Shown here piece by piece: positions 1-11,693 of a stretch of DNA of 64,000 nucleotides (position 1 is its first letter; every line of letters begins with the position of its first letter). Both the position numbers and the translations under genes were made by a program. Origin of the DNA: Vitrella brassicaformis CCMP3155 (lineage: Eukaryota; Protista; Chromerida); assembly GCA_001179505.1 (NCBI GenBank), contig CDMY01000255.1, positions 372,001 through 436,000 on the forward strand, written 5' to 3'. The notes under the pieces are model-generated. The model was not told the origin of the DNA, made no database searches, and saw only the letters and a program-made list of their open reading frames with translations.

Positions 1-96
1 TGAGCCAGACAAACACGGGGCTGAGAGGGCGATTCGCTCATGAGTGGTGGTCTGTGTGCGTGTGTGTGTGTGTGTTTGATTCATTCACTCATTCAG

Positions 97-2105
97 CTCA
101 CGAGGAGATTCTTCTTACCCTGCGGACTCTCAAAGATCACGGGCTGCTGTTCAGCGGCGACGCTTTGTGGCAGGAACGAGTCAACTTTCTGATGAATCTT
201 CTGATCGAGGAGACATCCGACCTTCACGTACGGGTGGCGGAGGACTTTGTGCGTGAGCTTGCCCCTACCGCCCCACGAGAAGGAGCTACATCAACAGGAG
301 GGCAAGAGCCCCCCCCACGGGCGGCAGCGAGGATAGTGTCGATCGAAGATGGCTGGTGTCCTGCGTGTGGCGAGAGGCTGGAAACGGTGCGATTGGACTC
401 GAGGGAGGGACGGCGACTAAGGCTGGCAGTGCTCAAACTCGCCGCGCTCAGCCATCCCAAGGAGGTCTGCGGACTCGAGATATTCAGGAGATTCCTCATG
501 AGGTCACATCAGCCACCCAGCAAGGCCTGGATGCACACTGTCGCACATCCATCTTAGGGGACACACACTTACAGGCAGATTGATGGGTATGATGTGACGT
601 GGCGTATGAATGTGTCCATCCATCGTGTTGTGTGCAGCCGCGGTCCGTTTACGATGATATTGGATGCGCCCAACATAGCGTACCAGCGCCAGAACACGAA
701 TAGGGGTCACTTCAGCTACCTGCAGATTGAGATGGTTAAGGAGGAGCTCGTGCGGCGAGGCGAGCGGCCGCTTATCGTCCTCCCCAGGCACTATTACTGG
801 GACAGGGTCAAAGTCCCCAACTGCTCCAAAGGCACAATTCGCACACTCGCAAGGTAGGGACACACAAACCGGACTGTATGTATGTATTTACTACCCCTAC
901 AGGGAGGGAGGGAGGAACGCAACAACCAGGAGACAGACAGACAGACAGACAGGCCAGCCGGCAGTGAGTGCGTCAGGAGTCCCACTTGGCTTGCGTGAAG
1001 CATCATGATACGTGTCCGTCCGCGTATGTGAGTATGGTTGACTTGGCTGCCCGTTTGTCTGTCTGTCTGTCTGTCTCGCTGACCAGGGAGGTGTACAGCG
1101 AGCGTACGGTGAATTGGGACGTACTTGCGCCTGAGGACAAGGAGCTGGTCAAGAAGTGGGAGGACGAGGGATGCCTATTCGTATGCAACTTCAAGGTACC
1201 ATGGCACCGCATCGCACTGCAGCCACAGGGGGAAAGAATGAATCGCGAGCTAGGTGCTGTGTGTCACTATATCCCTCCCTGTTGGTTGCGATGCAACTGC
1301 TGGTGTTTGCTTTGCAGGCGCACGATGATTACTACTGGATACTGGCGACGCTGATGGAGGACACGACCCTTCTGCATGAGTCGGTGCCCAACAACATGAA
1401 GGCTCAGTTCCTCAGGAGGCTGGACGACTATCGAGCCAGTCGGGGTGAGGGCGGTGGGGCCGGGGGTGAGACGGCCGTCAGCACCATCGGGCGAAACCAC
1501 CCGCCTGTCTATATTGTCACCAACGACCTCCTCAGAGACCATCACCTCACCATGCTAGGTCAGGTGGCACCCACCCACACATGCCAACAAGGGAAGGAAC
1601 TAGCGAGGGAGGGAGCGAGGGAGGGCCTGCCTGCATGCCTGCCAAGATGGTCTGTCTGCAACGTGTGTTTCCCTTCATGTTGTGCCCGCCTCCTTCTGTA
1701 GAGCCCCGAGCGTTTCGTCGGTGGCGGTCCTCGACGCTCATTAATTTCGACTTTGAGCGACCTATCTCACGTAAGGACCAGGGGTCGTCTGTGTATCTGT
1801 GTATATGTGTATCTGTGTATCTGTGTATCTGTGTGTATGTGTGTATGGGTCCCTCCCTCCCAGATCTGGACCCCCAATCCCTCTCCCGCAGGCCCGACTT
1901 TCACGTGCAATGGCCGCCCACCTTTTCCCGCGAGCCGCAGAAGGTCGAGGGGAGGAGGTGCTGGCACATACCCGTCTGGTACCCTGACCAATGGCGGGAA
2001 GCACCCTCCCGCTCCACTGGAGCCAAGAAGCCAAGACAGCAGCGCATGCTACCGGAGCCGGAGAGGAAACAAACAGGATGGCTATGTCTATGTCTGGACC
2101 TATGA
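97..2105 (+). CDS. PRORP: Protein-only RNase P (PRORP)-like metallonuclease, 5'-truncated (PPR part lies before the window). Exons approx 97-502, 638-853, 1087-1195, 1318-1558, 1702-1770, 1864-2105
   Basis: Spliced translation contains CPAC (Zn), ILDAPNIAY...FSYLQI (NYN start), HDDYYW, IVTNDLLRDH, FRRW, WHIP and a C-terminal WLC, in the same order as plant PRORP. All junctions are GT-AG and keep the frame. Confidence 0.85.
931..1076. repeat. Intronic (AGAC)n and (GTCT)n microsatellites forming a 21-bp inverted repeat; representative of the microsatellites in most introns
   Basis: 931-951 is the exact reverse complement of 1056-1076, inside intron 854-1086. Confidence 0.9.
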
Positions 2106-2486
2106 CTGACGGACGGACGTGTGTGTGTGTGCGTGTGGATGTACGTACATGTGCCAAAAGGCGTGTGCAGTTAGTTGGTTGATCGATGAATGAAGGGATC
2201 GGACATACATATTCACAAGGCCCAGGCAGACACCCAAGTCCATCGCTCCTTCCTCCGACATGATATCCACGTTTCGACACCCGTCCATCCATCAATCCAT
2301 CAGCCACCCATTCACCCACCCTCAGTCAGTCAGTCAGTCATTCTCGCCGATTCCCTCACTCAGTCACTGCATGGCAACTAGCGCATCCCCACACCGCCAG
2401 CATAAGATACTGGATTCGCCACCGCGGCCTACAAACACCACACACCCGGCAGAGTCGATGAAACCATGCCTTCCCTCCCGGCCAGC

Positions 2487-4498
2487 TTAAGATGGCTGCT
2501 CGCTGACCTGCCCGTTCTGCACAGCTGACATGGATGCCCTGAATGAATGAATCAATGAAATAAATACACACTAACAATCGCTGACCCACTGACTCGCTGG
2601 CTTTCTCGGGAGGGAGGGGACAGTCTCGTCGGGCGTTCTTCCTTCCTTCCTGCCTGCCTTGATGCCTGTCTCTGACTGACTGACCTGCATACATCCGTCG
2701 CTTCGGCATTCAAGAGCTGCTTTGGCGGGCCCTTTGCGAGCGGCGGATGGAGGCAACGAGCGTGACTTGCGCGCGGCTAGCAGGCCATAGCAGACACAGC
2801 ACACCCTCTCACCCGCACTGATGGGTCGGTGCGCCTGGGACAGCGAACAGGCCCTCACGCTGACATTCATACATACATACATACATGTGGATGCATGGAT
2901 GGGGTGCATCCAACAAGCCAAGGATAGGGAGGGAGAGAGGGGGGGAACAAAGAGACAAAGAGACAGACATGCTCTGACTGAGGCCTGTGATGAGGGAGGA
3001 AAAGGGGCTGGCTGCGTCCCTCCCTGCCTGCCTTTCTTTCGTACGTGGTATGCGTGCCATGTTCTTGGCGTGATGGCTGAGACACAGTGCCAACGAGTGC
3101 CGTCTGCGGAGTATCTGCCAGCCAGCCAGCCAAACACACAGACAGAACCCGTTGGCCCTCAAGTCAGTGACGCTTCACGTTGCCTTGCCCCTCTCTCTCC
3201 CTGTCTCACTCCCTCTCTCCCGCCCCATGTCTGTCACTCAGTCCATTGCCCCACTTGCTCCCTCACCTGTGATCCACACATTCATGCCCATCTTTCTGTG
3301 CCCATCCAGCGTCGGCCGCGCTTGATGCACCACTCTGGGATCTGCACACACACGAAACAAGGGAGGGCTTCTGTGTGTTTCAAGCCTTTCAATCGTATGG
3401 TACATACGTACGTGCATGCACTGCGTGTGTGTGTGTCCATCGCCCACCCACCCACCCAGCCAGCCAGCCAGCCTTCCCACGGCCACCCAGCCAGGTAGGT
3501 GCCTACCTGCAGTCCCGTCGGGGAATAGGTTGCTCCAGAAGAGTGCCCGGCCGCGCCGTGGATGGAACCGCTGGTTGATGAGCGGGAAATCCGTCTCACC
3601 GCCAGCCGAATCAGGCAGGGACGTCAGGTACTGACCCACACACACACACATACACACACATTGCACGTGTATGGTATGAGTCAAGTTGTAGGTAGGTGGG
3701 TAGGTACGTAGGTAGTCATGCATAGACGCTGCAAGGCCAGCCCAGCCCGCAGACCTGCCTGCCTACCACGAATGCAGTGAGGATCCTCCTGGGCTCCTCA
3801 GCAAATGCGTCGGGCATGACTACACGGATGTCAGGTGGGCTGTCCTGGAAGTCCTCGCGGCTTCTGCCCCCAGACGCGGCCCCCGGAAGCTTCAGACCTA
3901 CGGCGTCTACATCTCCCTCCAGACGACCTGCGTCATGATGAATATCGAAATACTGCATGCCATGCCATGCAACCAAACAACCAATTCACCCGCGACACAA
4001 CACAACACAGCACAACACAACACAACACAGCAAAGGGAGAAACACATTTGAATAAATGCCAAACGGGTTGTGTTGATTGAGCTGTCTGTCTGTCTGTCTG
4101 TCTGTGGCGTGGTGTGTGGTGCGTCTTTCTCGACTTACTTACCTGCCCCGGGGCGTATGAGAGGAGCTGCAGTGGCTCGACATTCTCGTGTGGCAGACCA
4201 ACGCAATCAGCCGCCCTCCTGACCACACCACACATCACACGACAGACAACAGTGTCACCTGCAGGTACCTGCAACTTGGGCTCAGTGTGTCTCTGTGTGT
4301 ACGTATGTGTGTGTGCATCGACAGTGTGCTGGTGGATGGGATGGCCGGCCCAGCACCCCAATCAATCTGTGTGCGCCCTCTCCTGTGGTTCATTCAACTG
4401 ACCTCTCAATGTTGCGGATAACGGTGCTGCCGCACTTTGGCAGGTGAGTGTAGGTGGACGTGCGGCACTCATCATACACCAACTGATGGTACATGCAT

Positions 4499-4529
<31 letters not shown>

Positions 4530-5026
4530 AGATCCGTCCGTCCGTCCGCGCAACTAGTGGCGTGTGTTCAGGGTGTGGTGCCCCCGACCTGACCTCCTCG
4601 TTCTCTAGGTCTTGCGTGAAGCTCCGCTGGAACTCATCGTGATGCTGACTGTAGTACTGGGCGATGTACGACAGCTCGCTGCAGCCATACACGGGATCAG
4701 GTGTGTGCCCGACCTCTGTTCTACTGATATGTATCCCTCCCTGCTGACCTTACCTTTCCGTCAGGAACTCATCGCACGCATAGATGTTTGGCGTGCGGTG
4801 GACCAACTCAAGAGTCCTGCCACCTGCAGTGCAGGCAGCAGACAGATGAATGAAAGGATGGACAGATTCAGACAGCTAGAGATGCAGCCATCACTCACTT
4901 ACAGATTCGTTCGACCGCCTGCGGCTTGGAAGTGTAGAATAGGCGCTTGAACTGCTCTGACACGTGTATCGCCCTCGGCCGCTCCTTCAGACCCTGAATG
5001 CGCACCGACTTTCGACTAGGATTCAT
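2487..5026 (-). CDS. Prolyl 4-hydroxylase alpha-like 2OG-Fe(II) dioxygenase (multi-exon; 3' end uncertain)
   Basis: Exons encode ELVHRTPNIYACDEFLT, CRTSTY, EPLQLLSYAPGQ, YFDIHHD (HxD), RILTAFVYL, GGETDFP..HPRRGRALFWSN, DPRVVHQARP (distal His) and GHRKMGMNVWI (2OG Lys). This is the P4H catalytic motif series. Confidence 0.8.
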
Positions 5027-5054
5027 CCTTGCTCATTTCTCATCCATCGTTTTG

Positions 5055-5062
5055 AGCTCGCA
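5055..5062. promoter_or_regulatory. AGCTCGCA motif between the divergent P4H and PhyH starts
   Basis: Exact octamer; the same word recurs at the other divergent gene pairs. Confidence 0.5.
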
Positions 5063-5210
5063 ATCCCTTCCCTCTTCGGCAAAGGACTCAATCCGCGTTC
5101 ACGAAGGTAGGGCACGCACTCCGATGCAGCGAAGGGAGAACGATTCATGAAGACTGTCACCCATTCGTTGATTTGTTGTGTGGTGTGACGGTGTCTGCAG
5201 CGACGAGGGG

Positions 5211-7499
5211 ATGGCCAAGAAGGGCGGGACAGGGGCCCACCCGCAGCCAAAAGAGGCTCCCAAGATGCCCCCTCGAGCCAAGAAGAAGGGCGGCGGCATG
5301 GGGTATGTGATGCCTGTGGTCGCAGCGGCGATTGCACTCATGGCCATCGGGGCGGCGGTGTTGTTCACCCGCTCATCGACGGGTCCAACTTCCATCCTTC
5401 CAAGGATGGGTTCGTCACGGCGGCGTGAGTCAGCGGCCGATCTGCTCAAGTCATGGAAGGATGCGCCCGTGGACAACATGCCCGACGGCCTCAAGGCCAA
5501 GCTCTCGTGCTTCAAGGAGTGCGCCGAGGAAATGACCGCCGACCAGGAGGAACGATTCAAATCAAAACTGCAGAAAACCAGCCCCCAACAGTGAGGCAGG
5601 CAGGGAGGGAGAGAGGCAGGCAGGAGGCCAGCCTTCCTCCCTATATGTTCGTCTGTGCGTTTCACCCACCCACCCACCCTTGTGTGTGTGTCAGGTACGT
5701 TGAGGTGGCAGCGTCCAACGAGCTTGATTTGCTTGCGTACGCCGACTGCCAGGCGTACTGCGAAAAGGCCGAGTTGGGGAGCCTCCTGGGTGTGTCCATC
5801 CAGGACCCCTGGGCCGACATCGCTTTGGGGCGGTTCAAGAAGCGCCAGCTCAAGGCAGACAGACTCAAGCTCCAGACGCAGCAAGCCGACAACGAGACGA
5901 CTGTCAAGGTGGTGGACTCGCAGCAGAACGAGACGGAGAATGCCATCATCAAGGGCAACCTGGACCTGTCGGCCCTCCCTGCCGACCTGGAAGAGTACCT
6001 CACCTGCGCCAAGGAGTGCACCGACATATCGAGACTCACATTCGACTTCAGCAAGGAGCCGCAGCCAACGGTAGAGGACTTGCTGCAGACCCTCCGCACC
6101 TGCGGCCTCGTGTCGCTCGTCAACTACTTCCCTTCAGCTTATGCGCGGGAGATCCACGCTGCCATCGGACAGCTCGAGAAGGCAGGCAAGGTCAACCAAA
6201 TCCCTCTCAAACACTTCCAAAACATGAACCTCTGGTGAGACAGGCGGACAGGCGGACAGACAGACAGACAGACAGACAGACAAGCGACAGGCAGGCACGA
6301 ACGGCCGCATTTTGTTTCCGTCCGTCCATCCATCCGTCCATCCGTCCGTGGTCAGGAACAACCGTTACGAGATGTGGCTGCCTTACGTGGAGCCGTTCAT
6401 GCGTCTGGCTGCCACCTTCGCCAACAGGACGGTCATCCCCCAAGTGATCAAGGGATACCTGCAGCCAGACCCACAAGGACCCGTTCTTGACTACCCCAGG
6501 TGACTGACGCACAGACACACAGACAGACAGACCGTCTCCTTGTGCTCTGTGGCTTGTCTGTCGTCAGTGCCATCTTTGCCCCTGCGCGTACGACCGGATC
6601 TCAGCCGCTGCACCGCGACACAGTGGATTCGCTGAGAAGCGAGAGGGGCGTCGGGGAGACCGTCAATGTGCAAATCGCCATACAAGACATGACACACCAA
6701 ATGGGTCGGTCAACTGGCCAGCAGGGCAGGCCCAACAGTGGCAGGCCCTTTGCGCCTGTTTGTGGCCAAGTCAAACACAGCCTGTCTGTGTATGTGCTGT
6801 CTGTGTCGTGCTGTGTGTCTGTCTGTCTCTGCAGGCCCCACTCTCTTCTGCCCATGCTCTCAGAAGTACTTGGTGAGTCAGTCAGTGCGTGAGCTGCCCT
6901 TGGAGGATAGATAGATGGACATGAAGCGAATTTAAATCGGTCGACGGCTGGCTGGCTGGCTGGCTGGTTGTGTCTGTCTGTCTGTCTGTGCGTTTAGGTG
7001 TTTGGTGACAATTACGTGACGGATGCGTTGGAGTTTTGGTTTTGGCGGTCGGCGGATGACCGCGACAACCACTGCATTGAGAGCACAGCCTTCTCGCGAG
7101 ACTTCACACCGGCAGGCGCTGTCACCGTATACGATGGCATCACTGTCCACCAAGGTGCCAGCCACGCGGGTGCATGGGGGCCGGGGGGGGGGGGGGGGGN
7201 NNNNNNNNNNNNNNNNNNNNNNNNNNNNNNNNNNNNNNNNNNNNNNNNNNNNNNNNNNNNNNNNNNNNNNNNNNNNNNNNNNNNNNNNNNNNNNNNNNNN
7301 NNNNNNNNNNNNNNNNNNNNNNNNNNNNNNNNNNNNNNNNNNNNNNNNNNNNNNNNNNNNNNNNNNNNNNNNNNNNNNNNNNNNNNNNNNNNNNNNNNNN
7401 NNNNNNNNNNNNNNNNNNNNNNNNNNNNNNNNNNNNNNNNNNNNNNNNNNNNNNNNNNNNNNNNNNNNNNNNNNNNNNNNNNNNNNNNNNNNNNNNNNN

Positions 7500-7536
<37 letters not shown>

Positions 7537-7812
7537 TGCGGTGGGGTGCGCACGGCAGGCAGGCAGGCAAAGGCAACCAAGAGATGCGGGGCGTGGCGTG
7601 GCGTGGGTGAGCGTGGCGTGTGTGTGTGTGTGTGTTCAGGAATGGCCAACACGAGTCCGTCGAATCGCACCATCATGAATCTGTCCTTCGCAGCGTCGGA
7701 CGCGATGCGGTCGAGCGATGCCTTCACTTCACTCATGTCGTCCTTTGCCAAAAAGGACGTACTCAAACATCGCAAGGCCTTCGCTGACAACGTCTTCCAC
7801 ACACACACATGA
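5211..7812 (+). CDS. PhyH (phytanoyl-CoA dioxygenase)-like 2OG-Fe(II) oxygenase with an N-terminal type II membrane anchor
   Basis: A basic N-terminus is followed by a hydrophobic helix (VMPVVAAAIALMAIGAAVLF). Later exons give GSQPLHRD (HxD), VNVQIAIQD, AGAVTVYDGITVHQG-MANTSPSNR (distal His and Arg typical of PhyH) after joining 7154 to 7640. Probable 5'UTR intron at 5107-5200. Confidence 0.65.
7200..7499. other. Assembly gap (300 N) flanked by poly-G runs, inside an intron
   Basis: N run at 7200-7499, with 17 G before and 36 G after. Confidence 0.98.
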
Positions 7813-8181
7813 ATCAATCAATGAATCAATGTACCACCCACACATGGGCCACTGGCTACCTGGGGCGGTTGGGTGTCTGTGTGTGTGACCTAAGACATTA
7901 TGGGAGTCCTAGAGTAAGATTTATTGTGGTGGTCTTTTGTGTTTGTGAGACACCCGATGGACATCGTGTGATACGACACACGTATTTAGGAGATTTTCCG
8001 ATACTGACTTGACTTACCGGGACGGATCGAATCGCCATTGCAGAGAGACATATCATCCATCCAATACGGTGGATGACTTGTTACCTCGAGAAGGTCCCCC
8101 CGGCCCCAATTCAAAGGAAACTCCCGCGGCCCCAGTCTCCTCCCTCCCTCCCTTCCAAGAAATACGCGTGTGTGCGAAGCA

Positions 8182-9832
8182 ATGCAGCCTGCTGATCATC
8201 TATGTCGTCTGCCGCCGCTGCTGCTGTTCCTCTTTGCCATCGGTGGGCGGCTGCCTGGCATCGCTGGCCAGTGTGAATGGAGCGTGAGTGAGTATGTGGG
8301 GACCGGGACGGGCGACTGCGGCCGCGAGTACGATGCCGGCGAGGTGGTGGCCTTGACGGGGCCTTCCAAGTACGGGCGTTACGAGGCGCGAATGCTGCCC
8401 AACGTCTTGTGGGCTGACGGGGTGGTGCTTTCATTCATCCTCTGGTACCAAGACAGCGACAAGGTGCCCGGCACCCCCTGGGGCGAGATAGACTACCAGA
8501 TATTCCTGGGGGGCCCTCATGGGGAGAAGGGGGAGCCGCTGCAGACTAACATCGTTCTAGGTAGGTATCAATGTGCATGGATGCATGTAAGCAACATGAA
8601 CAAGGAAGCAAGGCAGTCAATCAAGCCCCTCCGTCGCTCTATCCGTCCATCTGTCTGTCTGTCTGTCTGTCTGTGTGTGTGTGTGTGTGTTGGGTCGGCG
8701 CGTCGCAGGTTATGTGTGGAACGATCCCCCCGGCCTGGGTCTGCACGAGCAGTTCTACGGCCCCCCAGGGTATCCTAAGACCCCTGAGGGGCGGGACAAT
8801 GAGGCATCCAAAGGGGTCAAGGGCAGCTGGCACACTATCGCCATAGAGTGGACGCCGGAACACGTCGAGTGGTGGTTCGATGGACGCAGACTGCGCAGAT
8901 GCCCCAGTAAGTAATAAATACCGACGGATGCCTGGCTCGTTCGTTGATTCGTTCCGCTCGCCATTCACTTCATTCCCGAACCATACATACCTCAATCCAC
9001 TCATAACTGTGTGCATGTGTGTGTGAGTGTGCAGGTGCCGAGTGTTGCAGCACAGCGACAGTGCCGTCTTTGTGCGAGGACGGCGCTTTGATGACGAACC
9101 TGAATGCCATCCCGTCGATGAATGTGCGCATGTCGATGTGGCCGGTGAACCCCAAGGAGCCGTGGGCCGCCACCTGGAGTGGCCTGGCTGACCCCGAGAG
9201 CTTCCCTCTGGTGGCCTTTGTCGACTACGTCACCTTCTACTCATACGACCAGGCCACCAAGTCATTTGTCTTTGACGACGTCGAGGTCTTTGACTATGAA
9301 GTGGGCCTCGCCAGGACCGATGCCAACCTGCTCGAGAAATGGTCCCTGCCCACTGGGGTCACCTTCGACGTCAACTGGGCAGAGTTTGGACTCAGGTAAA
9401 CACACACACACACACACACAGACATTACACGACACGACACAACATGCACGCATCTCCGCATATATGTGGATGCGCCCTGGCTGTCACACACACGTGTTGT
9501 GCATAGCGTGTGTCTCTGTCTGTCTGTCCTGCCTCCTACCTGGTGTGTTGTGTGTGTGTGGTCAGGCGGACCAACATAGTGAGTGGATCTGTGTCGAAGC
9601 ATCTGGCCCTGACGCTTGCCAAGAAGGGTGAGAATGCGGTGCCGGCTGCACCCCTCATCGCACCCAATCGGCAGGCCTTGCCGCCAAATGACATCGACGA
9701 CACACTCTGTCAGTGAGACACACATACATACACACACATAAGACGTACGTACGTACGTACGTACGTACACCTGCACACCGGCTCATACCCTGCCCCCCGC
9801 TCGTTTGTAGTATATGTCTCATTTGTCAGTCA

Positions 9833-9868
<36 letters not shown>

Positions 9869-11693
9869 TATCAGATCCTAACAAGACGACTCTTCCGGAG
9901 GCAGCGGAGCGTTACCTGGATTGGCGAGAGGAGTGCGAGGCAGACCCATCGGTGGACCCGGCCAGCGGTAAGGTTCTGAGGATCCCTGGCAAGGTCTTCC
10001 AGTACGGCATGGCTCAGCTCAAGGCCGCCCTCACGCCCCCGGCAGAGACCGCCGACACGTCCACATGGGCTGTCGACGCATGCAAGGCCGAATGCATCGC
10101 ACGACTTGTCGCCGGCGTACCTCTACACTACTTGTCCGTCATCGAGACCACCCCTGAGGGGACGGATGAGACCGCATATCAGGTAGGGAGGTCGGTGGGT
10201 AGGGAGGCAGGCACAGCACACACGCTGGCTGCATGACTGACTGACGGACGTAGCCCGCTACATGCACGCACACGCACGGACGGGGGGGGCGCCCATCTAT
10301 CTAATGTGATGTGATCTATGTGACCGTTCCATCCATCCATCCATGCATCCATCCACCCTGCGTGTGTGCAGTGTATGTGTCTGTTGGAGACAGGTGCAGC
10401 AGTTGAGCTGGGTGATGGGGGCAGTGGCTTCGCATATAGCGGCATTCTGTGCGGCGAGGCGGGCAACTTCGACCCCAGCCTGACGACCCCCACCCCGCCC
10501 GACGACGTCTCTCCGCCATCCATTGTGGAGGGGCCGCCTGTCCTGCTGCCGGGGCAGCAGCTCCTGCTCCTTGATGGCGGTCGGCGGTTTACCGATGAGA
10601 ACTTTGGCACACAACTCCTCGCTGTGAGGATACAAAATGAGCCGCAGGGCACCTTTGAAACGGTAGGTAGGGCGGTGTGAACGCTGCGGGCGACGCAGCC
10701 AATAGACAGACAGACAGACAGACATTCGTGTATTGCATGTATGTATGTATGCATCAATGAATGAGAGCCGTTTGGTGACTCCCTGTCTGTCTGTCTGTCT
10801 GCCTGCCTGTCTGTCCTTCCCTACCCTCTTGGTTGATCTCCTTCCTCCTTGCTTTATTATCGATTCATTCAGGATGAGGCGCTGCAGGACTTCGCCACCG
10901 ATGCGCGGAACGTCATCGCCACGGACCTTTCGGAGGATCCCGAAAAGGTCATCATCCACTCCATCTCGCCGGGCTCGGCTATCGTCAGATTCGTGTCAGT
11001 GAGGAGACACGCACGAATACGTGGATTGCACGCAGGCAGCTGTCTGTGGAATGAAGGCAGGCGGGCAGCTAATGGGTCTCTGTGTGTGTGTGCAGTGTGC
11101 GAGACCAGACTGCGGCTTCGTTGCAGAGCAAATGGCAGACGAAAGTGGATGCAGCGGACTCTCTGATTGCCACGCAGTACACGATCGATCCTGATTATCC
11201 TGTGCTGGTGGCCGTGCCAGACAGTGGGACGCCTCCCCCGGCAGACTGTGCAGTGGGCGACCCGTTGTGTACCCCGCCCACCCCCCAGCCGACGACCAAG
11301 AGGCCCGGCGACTTCCTTGAGGACAACAAGGATGAAGACCTCGACAAGAAACCCGACATTACCCCGGAAGACCTCGTCCCGCCCGCCATCAAGGATGGCA
11401 TCGAGCAGATTAAGGATGACACCAAGGAGACCATCACAAAGAGCACAGGATGGACGTCATTCGCCATTGCCGCGGGCGCGGGGGTGGGTGTGTTGGCTGT
11501 GGGGATGCTCATTCTGTGGTGGACTGGGGCGCTGGGCAAGCTGCGGAGGCTGTGCTGTCCGAGGAGGGAGAAACTATTGGACAAAGGCGGCGAGAGGGCC
11601 AGGGAGAGGAAGACAGAGACGCTGAGACAGTCGCGCGGACACCACCAACCGGCACACAGGAGCCCTGCCAGTCCGCAGAGGGTCTTTGTTTAG
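8182..11693 (+). CDS. Type I membrane protein: signal peptide, GH16 (lichenase/laminarinase-like) domain, Cys-containing PAN/apple-like region, SEA-like region, Pro/acidic stalk, TM helix and short tail
   Basis: Hydrophobic leader (LPPLLLFLFAIGG). GH16 motifs YGRYEARM, GVVLSF, WGEIDYQ, WHTIAIEWTPEHVEWWFDG, MSMW and VDYVTFY. TM SFAIAAGAGVGVLAVGMLILWW followed by basic residues. Confidence 0.75.

Noticed and set aside
5099-5884. 261-aa minus-strand ORF
   Set aside because: Antisense shadow of the GC-rich PhyH-like exons; it runs through microsatellite introns and has no motifs.
6932-7817. Long poly-Gly/poly-Pro ORFs
   Set aside because: Artefacts of the poly-G run and the N gap.
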